A stretch of DNA of 64,000 nucleotides from Halarcobacter sp. (GTDB lineage Bacteria; Campylobacterota; Campylobacteria; Campylobacterales; Arcobacteraceae), in assembly GCA_963676565.1 (NCBI GenBank), contig OY781089.1, positions 2,112,001-2,176,000 of the forward strand. Direction: 5' to 3'. Each line of letters begins with the position of its first letter. Position 1 is the first letter of the stretch. Shown one piece after another: positions 40,646-51,701 of the stretch. The translations under genes were made by a program, and so were the position numbers. Under the pieces are notes generated by a model that was given only the letters and a program-made list of their open reading frames with translations, was not told the origin of the DNA and ran no database searches.

Positions 40646-41921
40646 CAGTAATTTTTCTGCTGAAGATTCTATTCTTAAACGATCCACACTTTTATATTTA
40701 GAAGATGATGAAACTATAGCTCAAGAAACTTTTTCTATTTTTGAAAAGGTATTTGGTAAAGTTTATTTTGGAAAAGATGGACAAGAGGGAATCAATCTAT
40801 ATAATAATCATAAAAATGAAATTGATATAATTTTAACAGATATAAACATGCCAAATATTAATGGTTTGGAGTTTATGAGTGAAGTTAGAAAAGTAGATTA
40901 TGAAATACCAATTTTAATAATTACTGCCTTTAATGATGTAAATATATTAACAAAGGCAATTAAACTAAATGTAGCTGACTATATCGTAAAACCAATGCAG
41001 TTAAACTCAACTTTAAAAATTTTAAATAAGATTTTAACAAATAGATTTAATCAAAAACTTGTTTTAAAGCAACAAAATGAATTGCAGATTTATAAAGAGA
41101 TTCTTGATAGAGAAAACTTAGTTAGTGAAACAGATTTAAAAGGTTATATTACATATGCAAATGATATTTTTTGTAAAGTGTCAGGTTATACTAAAGAAGA
41201 ATTAATAGGTGCAAACCATAATATAGTAAGACATCCTGATGTTTCACCAAAAGTATATGAACAAATGTGGAAAACTATCCAAAGTGGTAATATTTGGAAA
41301 GGTAAAATCAAAAATATAGCAAAAGATGGTTCAGCTTATTATGTCAAAGCAACAGTATTTCCTGTTTTAGATGAAGATGGAAATATTGAAAAGTATATGG
41401 CAAGTAGATTCGTTGTTACTGAAGACGAGGAAGAGAAACATAAACTTAAAAAGTTTATTATGAAACAGAAATCTGACCAAATTAAGCATGAAAAACAATT
41501 AAAAGAAGAATTTGACGATGCAGTACATTTTGCAAAAATGCAAAATGATGAAAAGATGGCTAAATTTATTCATGAACTAAATGAACAAATAAAAAATTTA
41601 AGAGTAAAAAATGCAGATAATAAAGGTAGAATTATATCTTTAGAGAAAAAACTAAAAGATGCATTGGATAGAAATGATGACTTACAAAAAGGTTATCAAG
41701 GTAGAATAGAAAAACTTCATAAAACGTCTGTGCTAGCAGTCGAGAATTATCAAAAAATCAAAAAAAGAAGTGATATTATTAATGATAAATATGAAAAAGC
41801 TCAAGAAGGGATAAAAACTTTTCAAGGCTATATTGATGAATACAGAGTTAAAATAAATAACTTAGAAGATGTTATCAATGCCTATGAAGAAAAGTTTGGA
41901 AAACTAGGTCGTCTTAAATAG
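40623..41921 (+). CDS. REC-PAS protein with long C-terminal coiled coil
   Basis: LEDD, TDINMP, KP; PAS (ANHNIVRHP, KDGSAYYV); heptad-rich tail. Confidence 0.8.
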   Translation: MATSNQTNSNFSAEDSILKRSTLLYLEDDETIAQETFSIFEKVFGKVYFGKDGQEGINLYNNHKNEIDIILTDINMPNINGLEFMSEVRKVDYEIPILIITAFNDVNILTKAIKLNVADYIVKPMQLNSTLKILNKILTNRFNQKLVLKQQNELQIYKEILDRENLVSETDLKGYITYANDIFCKVSGYTKEELIGANHNIVRHPDVSPKVYEQMWKTIQSGNIWKGKIKNIAKDGSAYYVKATVFPVLDEDGNIEKYMASRFVVTEDEEEKHKLKKFIMKQKSDQIKHEKQLKEEFDDAVHFAKMQNDEKMAKFIHELNEQIKNLRVKNADNKGRIISLEKKLKDALDRNDDLQKGYQGRIEKLHKTSVLAVENYQKIKKRSDIINDKYEKAQEGIKTFQGYIDEYRVKINNLEDVINAYEEKFGKLGRLK

Positions 41922-42732
41922 TTTTCTTCTTTTTATTCATTATAAAAAGAACTACGATACTTAAAATAGCAAAAATTCCAGATATTAACATCCCCATTGT
42001 TAGCCAACCACCATATAAAAATCCAAGTTGAATGTCAGGTTGTCTAAAAAATTCAGCAACTATTCTTGCTATTGAATATAAGACTCCATACATAATAGCT
42101 AATTGTCCATCAAAGTTTTTTCTTTTTCTATATATATAAAGTATGACAAATACCACAATACCTTCAAGAAAACCTTCATACAGTTGAGAAGGGTGCCTTA
42201 AAACACCATCAACATAAATTCCCCATGGAACATCAGTTACTCTACCTACAATCTCTTTATTGACAAAGTTTCCAATTCTTCCAAGAACATATCCAGCACT
42301 GATACCTATAACAGCAATATCAGCTAAAAACCAAAAAGAAACTTTATGTTTTCTACAAAATAATAATGAAGCTATTAAAAAACCAATAAAAGCTCCATGA
42401 TAACTCATACCTGAGATTCCAACAAATTCACCATTTAAAAAAGGATTAAATATTTGCCAAGGGTGGCTTAAGTAGTACATAGCTTGGGGATCATAAAATA
42501 TTATGTAACCAAGTCTAGCGCCTAAAATAACACCAATTTCTGCCCACCAAATATATGAGTCAAAAAGTTCATTTGAGATTGGAAGTTTATCTTTTTTAAT
42601 TGTCCATTTAGCTACAAATATAGCAGAAAGTAGGGCAAGGGCATACATAATACCATACCAGTGTACTGCTATTGACCCTAGCTTAAAAGCTACAGGGTCA
42701 AAGTTAGAGTAAATATTCTGCCAAAATTCCAT
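41914..42732 (-). CDS. lgt: prolipoprotein diacylglyceryl transferase
   Basis: HWYGIMY, GARLGY, GMSYHG, GRIGNF, RHPSQLYE. Confidence 0.96.
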   Translation of the reverse strand: MEFWQNIYSNFDPVAFKLGSIAVHWYGIMYALALLSAIFVAKWTIKKDKLPISNELFDSYIWWAEIGVILGARLGYIIFYDPQAMYYLSHPWQIFNPFLNGEFVGISGMSYHGAFIGFLIASLLFCRKHKVSFWFLADIAVIGISAGYVLGRIGNFVNKEIVGRVTDVPWGIYVDGVLRHPSQLYEGFLEGIVVFVILYIYRKRKNFDGQLAIMYGVLYSIARIVAEFFRQPDIQLGFLYGGWLTMGMLISGIFAILSIVVLFIMNKKKKTI

Positions 42733-44034
42733 TTAGTCTTCTAAGGCGTCTGCTATTAGTTCAATTGGATTTTTAAATGTAACATCAACACCAGATACAT
42801 GAAGTGAGTTAGATACCTGAATTCTACAGGCACTACATTCAGCACTTACAATCTCTGCTTTTGTTTCTTTAATCATAGCAGCTTTTGGAAGTCCAGCAGC
42901 CCTTGCTAATTCATACTTTTCTGATTGCATAGTAACCCCACCAAAACCACAACATCTATTAGGATCACTCATTTCAGTCATTACATAATTTTGGCTTAAT
43001 AAATTTCTTGGTTCTTGCCAAACACCTTGAACTTTTCTTGCATGACATGCATCATGGTAAGTTACAGTTGTATCAAATTTTTTACTTGAGTTAGCAAGTA
43101 ATTGTTTTAAATTTGTATTGTCTTCAAGCCATTTCGTTGCCATAAATACTTTTTTAGAGATTTTAGAAGCTCTTTCTTTCCATTCTGGCTGGTCATGTAA
43201 AAAGTGCTCCCAATCTTGATTAATCATAGCACTACAAGTAGCTTCAGGAATAACAATAGCATCAACTTCATCAAGCCATTGTTCGAAATATTCAATATTA
43301 TGTTTTATTAAATAATCAACTGTATCAAAATCTCCAGTAAAATAAGCTGGTGCTCCACAACATAATTGTTTTTTAGGTATAAAAATATCAACCCCAACTT
43401 TTTTAAGAATCTTAACTAAACCATCACCTGTTTTTGTATAAGCATAATTACTCATACATCCAATAAAAATAGCAACTCTTTGTTTTTTCTCTTCGTTATT
43501 TGTATCTTTATTAACTTTAATATTTTCAGGGTATTTATTTAAAAAACTTTTTCTATCAGCATAAGTTAATGCTCTTTCTTTTTTAATTAAAGGAACTGAA
43601 AATCTTAAAAATGAAGTTTTCTTTTCTGTATCTTTTTTTATTGCACATGATTGAAATACCCAACCTAAAGTTGCAAGTAAATCCATGGTTTTTCTATGTC
43701 TTAATAACCAAAAGAATGCTCTTTTATACCAAGCAATTCCATATTTCTTTCCAATATCATATCTAACTTGCTCAATAATCATATCAGTAGGTAAATCATT
43801 TGGACAAACATCAACGCAGTTTGTACATAAAAAACATGATTCAAAGATATCTTTAGCATTTCTATCAAGTTCTAATTCATCCCTTTTATATGCACCTAAT
43901 AAATCAATGAAACCCCTTGGACTGGTCGTTTCATCTTGATTAATATTAAAAATTGTACATACAGGTTTACATTTTCCACATTTTACACAATCATCACTAA
44001 TTTGTGTATAATCAAATTTTTCCATTGCATTCAT
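42733..44034 (-). CDS. (Fe-S)-binding oxidoreductase with CCG domains (GlcF-like)
   Basis: Two CxxCxxCxxxC ferredoxin motifs, CCGAP, YHDACH, CCGFGG. Confidence 0.88.
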   Translation of the reverse strand: MNAMEKFDYTQISDDCVKCGKCKPVCTIFNINQDETTSPRGFIDLLGAYKRDELELDRNAKDIFESCFLCTNCVDVCPNDLPTDMIIEQVRYDIGKKYGIAWYKRAFFWLLRHRKTMDLLATLGWVFQSCAIKKDTEKKTSFLRFSVPLIKKERALTYADRKSFLNKYPENIKVNKDTNNEEKKQRVAIFIGCMSNYAYTKTGDGLVKILKKVGVDIFIPKKQLCCGAPAYFTGDFDTVDYLIKHNIEYFEQWLDEVDAIVIPEATCSAMINQDWEHFLHDQPEWKERASKISKKVFMATKWLEDNTNLKQLLANSSKKFDTTVTYHDACHARKVQGVWQEPRNLLSQNYVMTEMSDPNRCCGFGGVTMQSEKYELARAAGLPKAAMIKETKAEIVSAECSACRIQVSNSLHVSGVDVTFKNPIELIADALED

Positions 44035-45401
44035 TATATTGTTTTACTAAACCTTCTTTTATTTTCAGGAACTCTTTTTAAGTATGCATCAAAAGGCATA
44101 CAAATATTTCTTATTAACATTGTTCCTGTAGGAGAAACTGTTATTTTTTCATCATTGATTGATACTAATTCAGCTTCTACAAACTCATCAAGTAATGGTA
44201 AATCATTTTTAAAATATTCTTTAAAATCTATATCAAATTTTTCTTCAACTCTTTTTATATTTAAAGAGAAATTACTCATTAACTCCATGATAACAAATTG
44301 TCTTAATATATCATCTTCACTTAATCTATAACCTTTAAAAATAGGAAGCTCGTCATTATCAATTGCTGCTTCATACTGTTTTAAATCTTTATAGTTTTGT
44401 GCATAGTAATCAACTCCATTTCCTATGGAGGTAACACCAATACCTATTAAATCAGCTCCACCTTTAGTTGTATAACCCTGGAAGTTTCTATGAAGCTCAC
44501 CTTTTTCAATAGCTTTAAACAGCTCATCTTCAGGTTTTGCAAAGTGATCCATCCCAACCATTTTATATCCATTGGTTGTGAAAAAATCAATAGTATCTTT
44601 TAATATCTCAAGTTTTTCCGATGGCGGTGCAAAAGTAGTTTCATCAAATTTTCTCATAGTTTTCATAAGCCAAGGAACATGTGCATAATTAAATACTGCT
44701 AATCTATCTGGATTAAGTTTTATAATCTCTTTAACTGTTTCATTAAATGTTTTTCTATTTTGGTGTGGAAGACCATAAATTAAATCAATATTTATTGACT
44801 TAATACCTGCTTCTCTAGCTATATTCATAACGTTTTGAGTTGTTTCATATGGTTGGATTCTATGAATTGTTTTTTGTACTTGTTCATTTAAATCTTGAAC
44901 ACCAAATGAAAGTCTATTAAATCCACCTTCTTTTAGTACATCCATATGTTCTTTTGTAAAATATCTTGGGTCTACTTCACATGAAATTTCAGCGTCATCA
45001 CTAAAATTTGGAAAAGTTTCTTTAAGCATTTTAATAACTTCATTTAATTGCTCTGGAGAAAAATATGTTGGTGTACCACCACCAAAATGCATTTGAGTAA
45101 CTTTTCTATTTGTATTTAAATGTTTTTTTAAAATATTTAGTTCTTTTTGTAAGTACTCTAAATATCTAACTTTTTTATCCTCTTTTGAGGTAAATATTAC
45201 ATTACACCCACAAAAATAACAGGCGCTTCTACAAAATGGGAGATGGATATATAAAGATAAATCTCTATCATCACTTTGTTTACTATAATATTCTATTAAA
45301 TCTTCTTTTGAAAACTCTTCACTAAACTCTGGTGCAGTTGGATATGATGTATATCTAGGCCCTGGTTTTGAATACTTTTCAAATTTTTTAAAATCTATCA
45401 T
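44034..45401 (-). CDS. hemN: oxygen-independent coproporphyrinogen III oxidase
   Basis: GPRYTSYPTA, CxxxCxxC radical SAM motif, HFGGGTPT, RNFQGY. Confidence 0.96.
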   Translation of the reverse strand: MIDFKKFEKYSKPGPRYTSYPTAPEFSEEFSKEDLIEYYSKQSDDRDLSLYIHLPFCRSACYFCGCNVIFTSKEDKKVRYLEYLQKELNILKKHLNTNRKVTQMHFGGGTPTYFSPEQLNEVIKMLKETFPNFSDDAEISCEVDPRYFTKEHMDVLKEGGFNRLSFGVQDLNEQVQKTIHRIQPYETTQNVMNIAREAGIKSINIDLIYGLPHQNRKTFNETVKEIIKLNPDRLAVFNYAHVPWLMKTMRKFDETTFAPPSEKLEILKDTIDFFTTNGYKMVGMDHFAKPEDELFKAIEKGELHRNFQGYTTKGGADLIGIGVTSIGNGVDYYAQNYKDLKQYEAAIDNDELPIFKGYRLSEDDILRQFVIMELMSNFSLNIKRVEEKFDIDFKEYFKNDLPLLDEFVEAELVSINDEKITVSPTGTMLIRNICMPFDAYLKRVPENKRRFSKTI

Positions 45402-45416
45402 ATTTTCTTCTTATAT

Positions 45417-46343
45417 CTATTTGTTTATTTGTCTACTTAACCAAACCATAACACCTTTTTGTGCATGTAATCTATTTTCAGCTTCTTCAAAAACTAAGCT
45501 TTCTTCACCCTCAATAACATCTTCAGATACTTCATAACCTCTATATGCAGGAAGACAATGTAAAAATATTGCATTTGATGCACCTAATTTCATCATCTCT
45601 TTATCTACAATATATCCATCAAAATCTTTTACTCTTTTCTCTTTTTCATCTTCTTGACCCATTGATACCCAAGTGTCTGTTGTAATAACTGTAGCACCTT
45701 TACAAGCCTCTTTAGGATCATTTCCAATAATAATTTTTGCACCAGATTCTTTTGCAAAGTTTAGTGCATCATCTAAAATATTTTGATTTACTTCATAACC
45801 TTTTGGTGTAGCAATTCTAAGTTCAAAACCAAGTTTTGAAGCTAACATTAGCCAAGAATGTGCAAGATTGTTTCCATCACCAACATAAGAGACAACTAAG
45901 TCTTTATCTAACCCAGCTTCTTGAATTGTTAAATAATCAGCCATTAATTGTACAGGGTGATATTCATCTGTAAGTCCATTGATTACTGGAACTTTAGAAT
46001 ATTTTGCAAACTCTTCAATTTTTGATTGTGCAAATGTTCTAATCATTACCATATCAACCATACTTGATACAACTCTTGAAGTATCACTCATAGGTTCACC
46101 ACGACCTAATTGAATATCATTTGAAGATAAAAATAGACCAACTCCACCTAATTGATAAATACCAACTTCAAAACTTACTCTAGTTCTAGTACTACTTTTT
46201 TCAAAAATCATTCCAAGAGTATTTTTTGGCATATAGTCATTGAAAACTTTATTTTTAGTCTCTTTTTTAATCTTTGCAGCTAGCTCTAAAATCTCTAATA
46301 TTTCTTCTTTAGTATAATCTCTAAGTGTTAAAAAATGTCTCAT
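45417..46343 (-). CDS. argF: ornithine carbamoyltransferase
   Basis: SSTRTR, HPVQ, DTWVSMG, HCLP. Confidence 0.96.
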   Translation of the reverse strand: MRHFLTLRDYTKEEILEILELAAKIKKETKNKVFNDYMPKNTLGMIFEKSSTRTRVSFEVGIYQLGGVGLFLSSNDIQLGRGEPMSDTSRVVSSMVDMVMIRTFAQSKIEEFAKYSKVPVINGLTDEYHPVQLMADYLTIQEAGLDKDLVVSYVGDGNNLAHSWLMLASKLGFELRIATPKGYEVNQNILDDALNFAKESGAKIIIGNDPKEACKGATVITTDTWVSMGQEDEKEKRVKDFDGYIVDKEMMKLGASNAIFLHCLPAYRGYEVSEDVIEGEESLVFEEAENRLHAQKGVMVWLSRQINK

Positions 46344-46412
46344 TTAAGTATCCTTCTTTTGTAAAAACGACTATTATATATTAAATCTGTTTACTTATAA
46401 CTTAACGGTTAT

Positions 46413-46943
46413 TTACTTTTTTTTCGGCATTTGGGCTAAATACTCTTTATATTTTAAAGAATCAAGTTTCTCAACTTTATTCATAACTTCATTGTTCATT
46501 TGCTCTTTATATTTAGAGATTTTTTCTCTAATATTTGAATCACTAGAACCTATAATTTGTGATGCTAAAATCCCAGCATTTTTTGCTCCATTAATTGCAA
46601 CAGTTGCAACAGGAACTCCTCCAGGCATTTGAACAATTGATAATAATGAATCCATACCTTCTAAGTTTGAACCTCGAACAGGAACTCCTATAACAGGAAG
46701 TGGTGTTAAGGCTGCAACCATACCTGGTAAATGAGCGGCACCTCCAGCTCCTGCAATAATAACTTTTAATCCTCTTTCAACAGCACTTGTAGAATATTCA
46801 ACTAGTCTATCAGGAGTTCTGTGAGCTGATACAATACTTACTTCATATTCAATACCAAACTCTTCACACATTTGTACTGCTGCACTCATAACTGGTAGGT
46901 CAGAGTCACTTCCCATAATAATTCCAACTAACGGTTTAGACAT
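46413..46943 (-). CDS. purE: N5-carboxyaminoimidazole ribonucleotide mutase
   Basis: [33 protein letters not shown]. Confidence 0.96.
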   Translation of the reverse strand: MSKPLVGIIMGSDSDLPVMSAAVQMCEEFGIEYEVSIVSAHRTPDRLVEYSTSAVERGLKVIIAGAGGAAHLPGMVAALTPLPVIGVPVRGSNLEGMDSLLSIVQMPGGVPVATVAINGAKNAGILASQIIGSSDSNIREKISKYKEQMNNEVMNKVEKLDSLKYKEYLAQMPKKK

Positions 46944-48093
46944 ATTTCTTACTTCCTTTAATTTTTAAAATATCTTTTGCTTTCATAGCTTTTTCTAATG
47001 CTTTGTTTATATCATCATCTAAAACTGTAACATGACCCATTTTTCTAAATGGTTTTGTATAAGATTTTCCATAAAAGTGAAATGATAATTCTGGAATCTC
47101 TAAAGCATCATGAATTCCATGGATAAAAGGTTCACCCTCATAGTGCTCTTCCCCTAAAAGATTTATCATAACTGCCGGAGAAATTAATTTTGTAGAACCT
47201 AAAGGTAAATTTGTAACTGCTCTAATGATTTGCTCAAACTGTGATGTCGCACAAGCTTCAACAGTATAGTGTCCAGAGTTATGAGGTCTTGGTGCTATTT
47301 CATTAACTAAAATCTTTCCATCTTTTGTTAAAAATAGTTCAACTCCAAAAATACCAATACCATTTAATGCTTCAATAGATTTTTTTGATATCTCAATGGC
47401 TTTTTGTTCAATTTCAAATGGGATTCTAGCAGGAGCTAATACACTATCGCAAATATTAACCCTTTCATCAAATAGCATTTCAACAACAGGATAGCATTTA
47501 ATCTCACCTTCAAAATTTCTAGCAACAATAATTGCTAACTCTTTATCAATGTTAACTAGCTCTTCGATAAATGATTCATCTCTAATTGCTTTAGTGCTAA
47601 CCTCTTCTTGTGATTTAAGCATTTGAACACCTTTCCCATCATATCCACCAAGCTTAGCTTTTTGAATAACAGGAAAACCAAATGAGCCTAAATCTTCATC
47701 ATTTCTAACATCTTTATACATAGGAACAGGAATGCCTTTTTCATCTAGAAGCTTCTTTTGTTCATATTTATTTTGTATCAATTCCATAACATATGGTGAT
47801 GGATGAATTTTATGTCCATGATTATATAACTCTTTTAAAATGCTCATATCAACATGCTCAAGCTCAAAGGTTGTAACATCATTTTCTTGAACTAGTTGTT
47901 CAAGTTTTTCTTTATCATAAAATCCACCAATAATATGTTTATCAGAAACTTGAGCGGCAGGACAGTTAAAAGTAGGGTCTAAAATAGTTACATGAAAGCC
48001 CATTTTTTTAGCTTTTTGAGACATTATTTTACCTAATTGTCCCCCACCAATAATACCAACTTTTAAATTTGAATAATTAAAATCTTTGTTCAT
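46936..48093 (-). CDS. purK: N5-carboxyaminoimidazole ribonucleotide synthase
   Basis: [30 protein letters not shown]; overlaps purE. Confidence 0.95.
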   Translation of the reverse strand: MNKDFNYSNLKVGIIGGGQLGKIMSQKAKKMGFHVTILDPTFNCPAAQVSDKHIIGGFYDKEKLEQLVQENDVTTFELEHVDMSILKELYNHGHKIHPSPYVMELIQNKYEQKKLLDEKGIPVPMYKDVRNDEDLGSFGFPVIQKAKLGGYDGKGVQMLKSQEEVSTKAIRDESFIEELVNIDKELAIIVARNFEGEIKCYPVVEMLFDERVNICDSVLAPARIPFEIEQKAIEISKKSIEALNGIGIFGVELFLTKDGKILVNEIAPRPHNSGHYTVEACATSQFEQIIRAVTNLPLGSTKLISPAVMINLLGEEHYEGEPFIHGIHDALEIPELSFHFYGKSYTKPFRKMGHVTVLDDDINKALEKAMKAKDILKIKGSKKYV

Positions 48094-48111
48094 ATATCTC
48101 TTCTTTATCTC

Positions 48112-48402
48112 TTAAATTAGTAACATCACGTCACTTACGATGCATTTACCACCATATTTTTTTATAAATTTACTAATAGAATCTTCAATATTTAGATATT
48201 TAGATTCTTCACATACTGTAAAAACATAATTATTGCTAAATACATCAGTTACATCATCAGCAGTTTTAAGTCCATGACCACCTGCACCTTGAATATCTTT
48301 AATTATAGTATAACCATTGATATCATTACTTTTAAATAAATCAATTAATCTGTTTACATAAACTGACTCAATTATTATTTCAACCTTTTTCATCTCCCGC
48401 AT
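48112..48402 (-). CDS. sbtB: PII-like regulator SbtB
   Basis: KKVEIIIE...GYTII...GAGGHG PII-like fold; directly downstream of sbtA. Confidence 0.82.
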   Translation of the reverse strand: MREMKKVEIIIESVYVNRLIDLFKSNDINGYTIIKDIQGAGGHGLKTADDVTDVFSNNYVFTVCEESKYLNIEDSISKFIKKYGGKCIVSDVMLLI

Positions 48403-48408
48403 AAATCC

Positions 48409-49389
48409 TTACCCCCAAATTAAGTTTATAAAATAATAATACAACGGAATACCAAGTGATATATTAAACGGGAAAGTTATAGCTAAACTTAATGGTAAAT
48501 ATATACCTGGATTTGCTTGAGGTACTGATAATCTCATTGCCGCTGGAACAGCAATATAAGAAGCACTACCACTTAATAATGCTAGTAAAAATGCATCCCC
48601 TTTTGATAAAGAGAAATAATATCCAAGTGCTATAGCAACACTTGCATTTATAATTGGCATTAATAAAGCAAAAATGATTAAAAACATACCAACTTTTTTT
48701 AGTTCGTAAATTTTTCTTGCAGCAACTAATCCCATATCTAATAGGAAAAATGCTAGAAAACCTTTAAATAAAGTTCCAAATAAAGGCTCCATTGAATGCC
48801 AACCTTTTTCCCCTGTAGTAATCCCAATAATTAAAGCACCAATTAGTAAAAAAACTGAAGGGTTTAAAAAAGACTCTTTTAAGATCTCTTTCCAATTTGT
48901 TTTTTCATCTTTATCTTCATCAGAACCTTTTGCAAATAAAGCTGCAAATACAAGTCCAATTACAATAGCTGGTGACTCCATTAATGTCATAGCTGCAACC
49001 ATATGTCCACCGTAGTCTATACCAATAGTTTGTAAATATGTAATACCCGTAATAAATGTAACAGCACTAATTGAACCATAAGTTGCAGCAATTGCAACGG
49101 AGTTATAGGTATCTAGTTTTGTTCTTAATATAAAATAACTATACACTGGAACAATAGATGCCATAAGCACTGCAAGCATCAAAGACTTAAAAACATATAT
49201 GTCTAAACCACTTTTAGATAATTCATATCCTCCATGCAAACCTATTGCTATTAATAAATAAAGGGAAAATAGTTTTGGAAGAGGTTGAGGAATTGTTAAT
49301 TCTGATTTTAAAAAGACTGCAAGCATCCCTAAAAAAAAGAATAAAATTGGTGGATTTAGTATATTTTGTAATATTAAATCAATATTCAT
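48409..49389 (-). CDS. sbtA: sodium-dependent bicarbonate transporter SbtA family
   Basis: YGSISAVTF, MESPAI, FLLDMG, SASYIAVPA, TFPFNI; about 10 TM segments. Confidence 0.9.
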   Translation of the reverse strand: MNIDLILQNILNPPILFFFLGMLAVFLKSELTIPQPLPKLFSLYLLIAIGLHGGYELSKSGLDIYVFKSLMLAVLMASIVPVYSYFILRTKLDTYNSVAIAATYGSISAVTFITGITYLQTIGIDYGGHMVAAMTLMESPAIVIGLVFAALFAKGSDEDKDEKTNWKEILKESFLNPSVFLLIGALIIGITTGEKGWHSMEPLFGTLFKGFLAFFLLDMGLVAARKIYELKKVGMFLIIFALLMPIINASVAIALGYYFSLSKGDAFLLALLSGSASYIAVPAAMRLSVPQANPGIYLPLSLAITFPFNISLGIPLYYYFINLIWG

Positions 49390-49502
49390 AAATTAAATTC
49401 CTAATAAATTTTCTTTTGTAAAATTGATATTATATCTCAAAAAAGCTTTTTCTACTTTAAAGATAATCAAAAAAATTAGAAAAAATTATTTTTATTTCTT
49501 TA

Positions 49503-49535
49503 GTTTCGATTTTGTGACATTTTCGTGACTTTTTA
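49503..49535. promoter_or_regulatory. three 11-bp-period direct repeats, putative OmpR/PhoB-family operator
   Basis: GTTTCgatttt GTGACattttc GTGACttttta starting at 49503, 49514 and 49525, between divergent sbtA and nrdD. Confidence 0.45.
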
Positions 49536-49589
49536 TATTATTATTTTTTAAGTAGAAAGGCTCTAAAATTTTGATTGTAAAGGATAGGA

Positions 49590-51701
49590 ATGATAGAAAA
49601 TATTTTAAAAAGAGATGGCAATTATGAGCCATTTGAAGAGTATAAAATAAAAGATGCTATTAAAAAAGCATTTAAAAGTGTTCATACAACATATGATTCT
49701 ATAATTTATTTAAATGTAATAGAACAATTAAGCAAAAAAAGAGTGATTGCCGTTGAAGATATTCAAGATTTAATTGAGTCAGAACTTTTTAAAGCTAGAT
49801 ATTTTGAAGTATTAAAATCATTTATGCTTTATAGACATATGCACAAATTACAAAGAGAACAAGTTTTAGGATTAAACGAAGATACTACATATATCAATTC
49901 AACACAAACAATTGAAGAGTATATTAATGGAACAGATTGGAGAATTAAAGCAAATTCAAATACAGGTTATTCCCATGCAGGACTTATAAACAATAGTGCA
50001 GGGAAGGTGATTGCTAATTATTGGCTAGATAAAATCTACTCAAAAGAAGAGGGCTATGCCCATAGAAATGCTGATTATCATATTCATGACCTGGATTGTT
50101 TAAGCGGATATTGTGCTGGATGGAGCTTAAGAGTTTTATTGGATGAAGGTTTTAATGGAGTTAGAGGTAGGGTTGAGTCATGTGCGCCAAACCATTTTAG
50201 AGAAGCTTTAGGTCAAATGGCAAATTTTCTAGGAATCTTACAAAGTGAATGGGCTGGAGCTCAAGCATTTTCATCATTTGATACTTACTTAGCACCTTAT
50301 GTATTTAAGGATAAATTATCTTTTAGTGAAGTAAAAAAGAATATTAGAAGTTTTGTATATAATTTAAATGTTCCTGCACGTTGGGGACAAAGCCCTTTTA
50401 CTAATATTACAATTGACTGGACAGTTCCAAGGGATTTAAAAGATCAAATCCCAACAAGAAACCAAGAACATTTATTTAAAAATATAGATGATGAAGAGTT
50501 ATTGAAAAAAGCTAAAGATAAAGGGCATGAGTTTTTAACTGAGCTTACATATAAAGATTTCCAAAAACAAATGGATATGATTAATAAAGCATATTATGAG
50601 GTTATGACAGAAGGGGATAAAACAGGACAACCATTTACTTTCCCAATCCCTACTGTAAATTTAACAGAGGATTTTGATTGGTATGGTGAAAATACTGATT
50701 TATTATTTGAAAATACTGCAAAGATAGGAAGTTCATATTTTCAAAACTTTATAGGAAGTCAATATACTAAAGATGAAAATGGAAAATTAATACCAAATGA
50801 TAATGCTTATAAACCAGGTCATGTTAGATCTATGTGTTGTAGATTACAACTTGATTTAAGAGAACTTCTAAAAAGAGGTGGTGGTTTATTTGGTAGTGCT
50901 GAGATGACAGGAAGTATTGGTGTTGTAACAATCAACATGGCAAGACTTGGATATCTTTATAAAGGTGATAAAGATTCTTTGTTTACTAGACTTGAAGAAT
51001 TAATGGATTTAGCTAAATCAACTTTAGAGAAAAAAAGAGTTTTTGTTAACGATTTATATGAAAGGGGATTATTCCCTTATACAAAAAGATATTTACCTGG
51101 ATTTAATAACCATTTTTCAACAATTGGTGTAAATGGTATCAATGAGATGATAATTAATTTTAGTGAAAAAGAGTTTGATATCTCAAAAAATGAGGGGATT
51201 TTATTTGCCAATGAAATTTTAGATTTTATGAGAGATAAAATGGCAGATTATCAAGAAGAAACAGGAAACTTATACAATCTTGAGGCAACACCTGCTGAAG
51301 GAACAACTTATAGATTTGCAAAAGAGGATAAGAAAAGATACCAAGATATCTATCAAGCGGGATATGGTAAAAATATTTTCTATACAAATTCTTCACAACT
51401 TCCTGTTGATTATACAGATGATGTTTTTCAAGCTTTAGATTTACAAGATGATTTACAGGGCAAATATACTGGTGGAACAGTTCTTCACTTATATATGAAA
51501 GAGAGAATCAGTTCAATTGAAGCTTGTAGAAAATTAGTAAGAAATGTTATCTCAAATTATACTTTACCATATATTACTATTACTCCAGTTTTCTCTATTT
51601 GTCCTAAACATGGATATATAAATGGTGAATATGAGTATTGTCCAATTTGTGACCAAGAAATTTTAGATGAGGAGTTAAATAATGAAAAGCTTAGAGCCTG
51701 A
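49590..51701 (+). CDS. nrdD: class III (anaerobic) ribonucleoside-triphosphate reductase, large part lacking the glycyl-radical motif
   Basis: ATP cone (KRDG), HIHDL, FTFPIPT, RSMCCRL, EATPAE, YTGGT, CPKHG...CPIC; ends with no RxxGY. Confidence 0.93.
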   Translation: MIENILKRDGNYEPFEEYKIKDAIKKAFKSVHTTYDSIIYLNVIEQLSKKRVIAVEDIQDLIESELFKARYFEVLKSFMLYRHMHKLQREQVLGLNEDTTYINSTQTIEEYINGTDWRIKANSNTGYSHAGLINNSAGKVIANYWLDKIYSKEEGYAHRNADYHIHDLDCLSGYCAGWSLRVLLDEGFNGVRGRVESCAPNHFREALGQMANFLGILQSEWAGAQAFSSFDTYLAPYVFKDKLSFSEVKKNIRSFVYNLNVPARWGQSPFTNITIDWTVPRDLKDQIPTRNQEHLFKNIDDEELLKKAKDKGHEFLTELTYKDFQKQMDMINKAYYEVMTEGDKTGQPFTFPIPTVNLTEDFDWYGENTDLLFENTAKIGSSYFQNFIGSQYTKDENGKLIPNDNAYKPGHVRSMCCRLQLDLRELLKRGGGLFGSAEMTGSIGVVTINMARLGYLYKGDKDSLFTRLEELMDLAKSTLEKKRVFVNDLYERGLFPYTKRYLPGFNNHFSTIGVNGINEMIINFSEKEFDISKNEGILFANEILDFMRDKMADYQEETGNLYNLEATPAEGTTYRFAKEDKKRYQDIYQAGYGKNIFYTNSSQLPVDYTDDVFQALDLQDDLQGKYTGGTVLHLYMKERISSIEACRKLVRNVISNYTLPYITITPVFSICPKHGYINGEYEYCPICDQEILDEELNNEKLRA

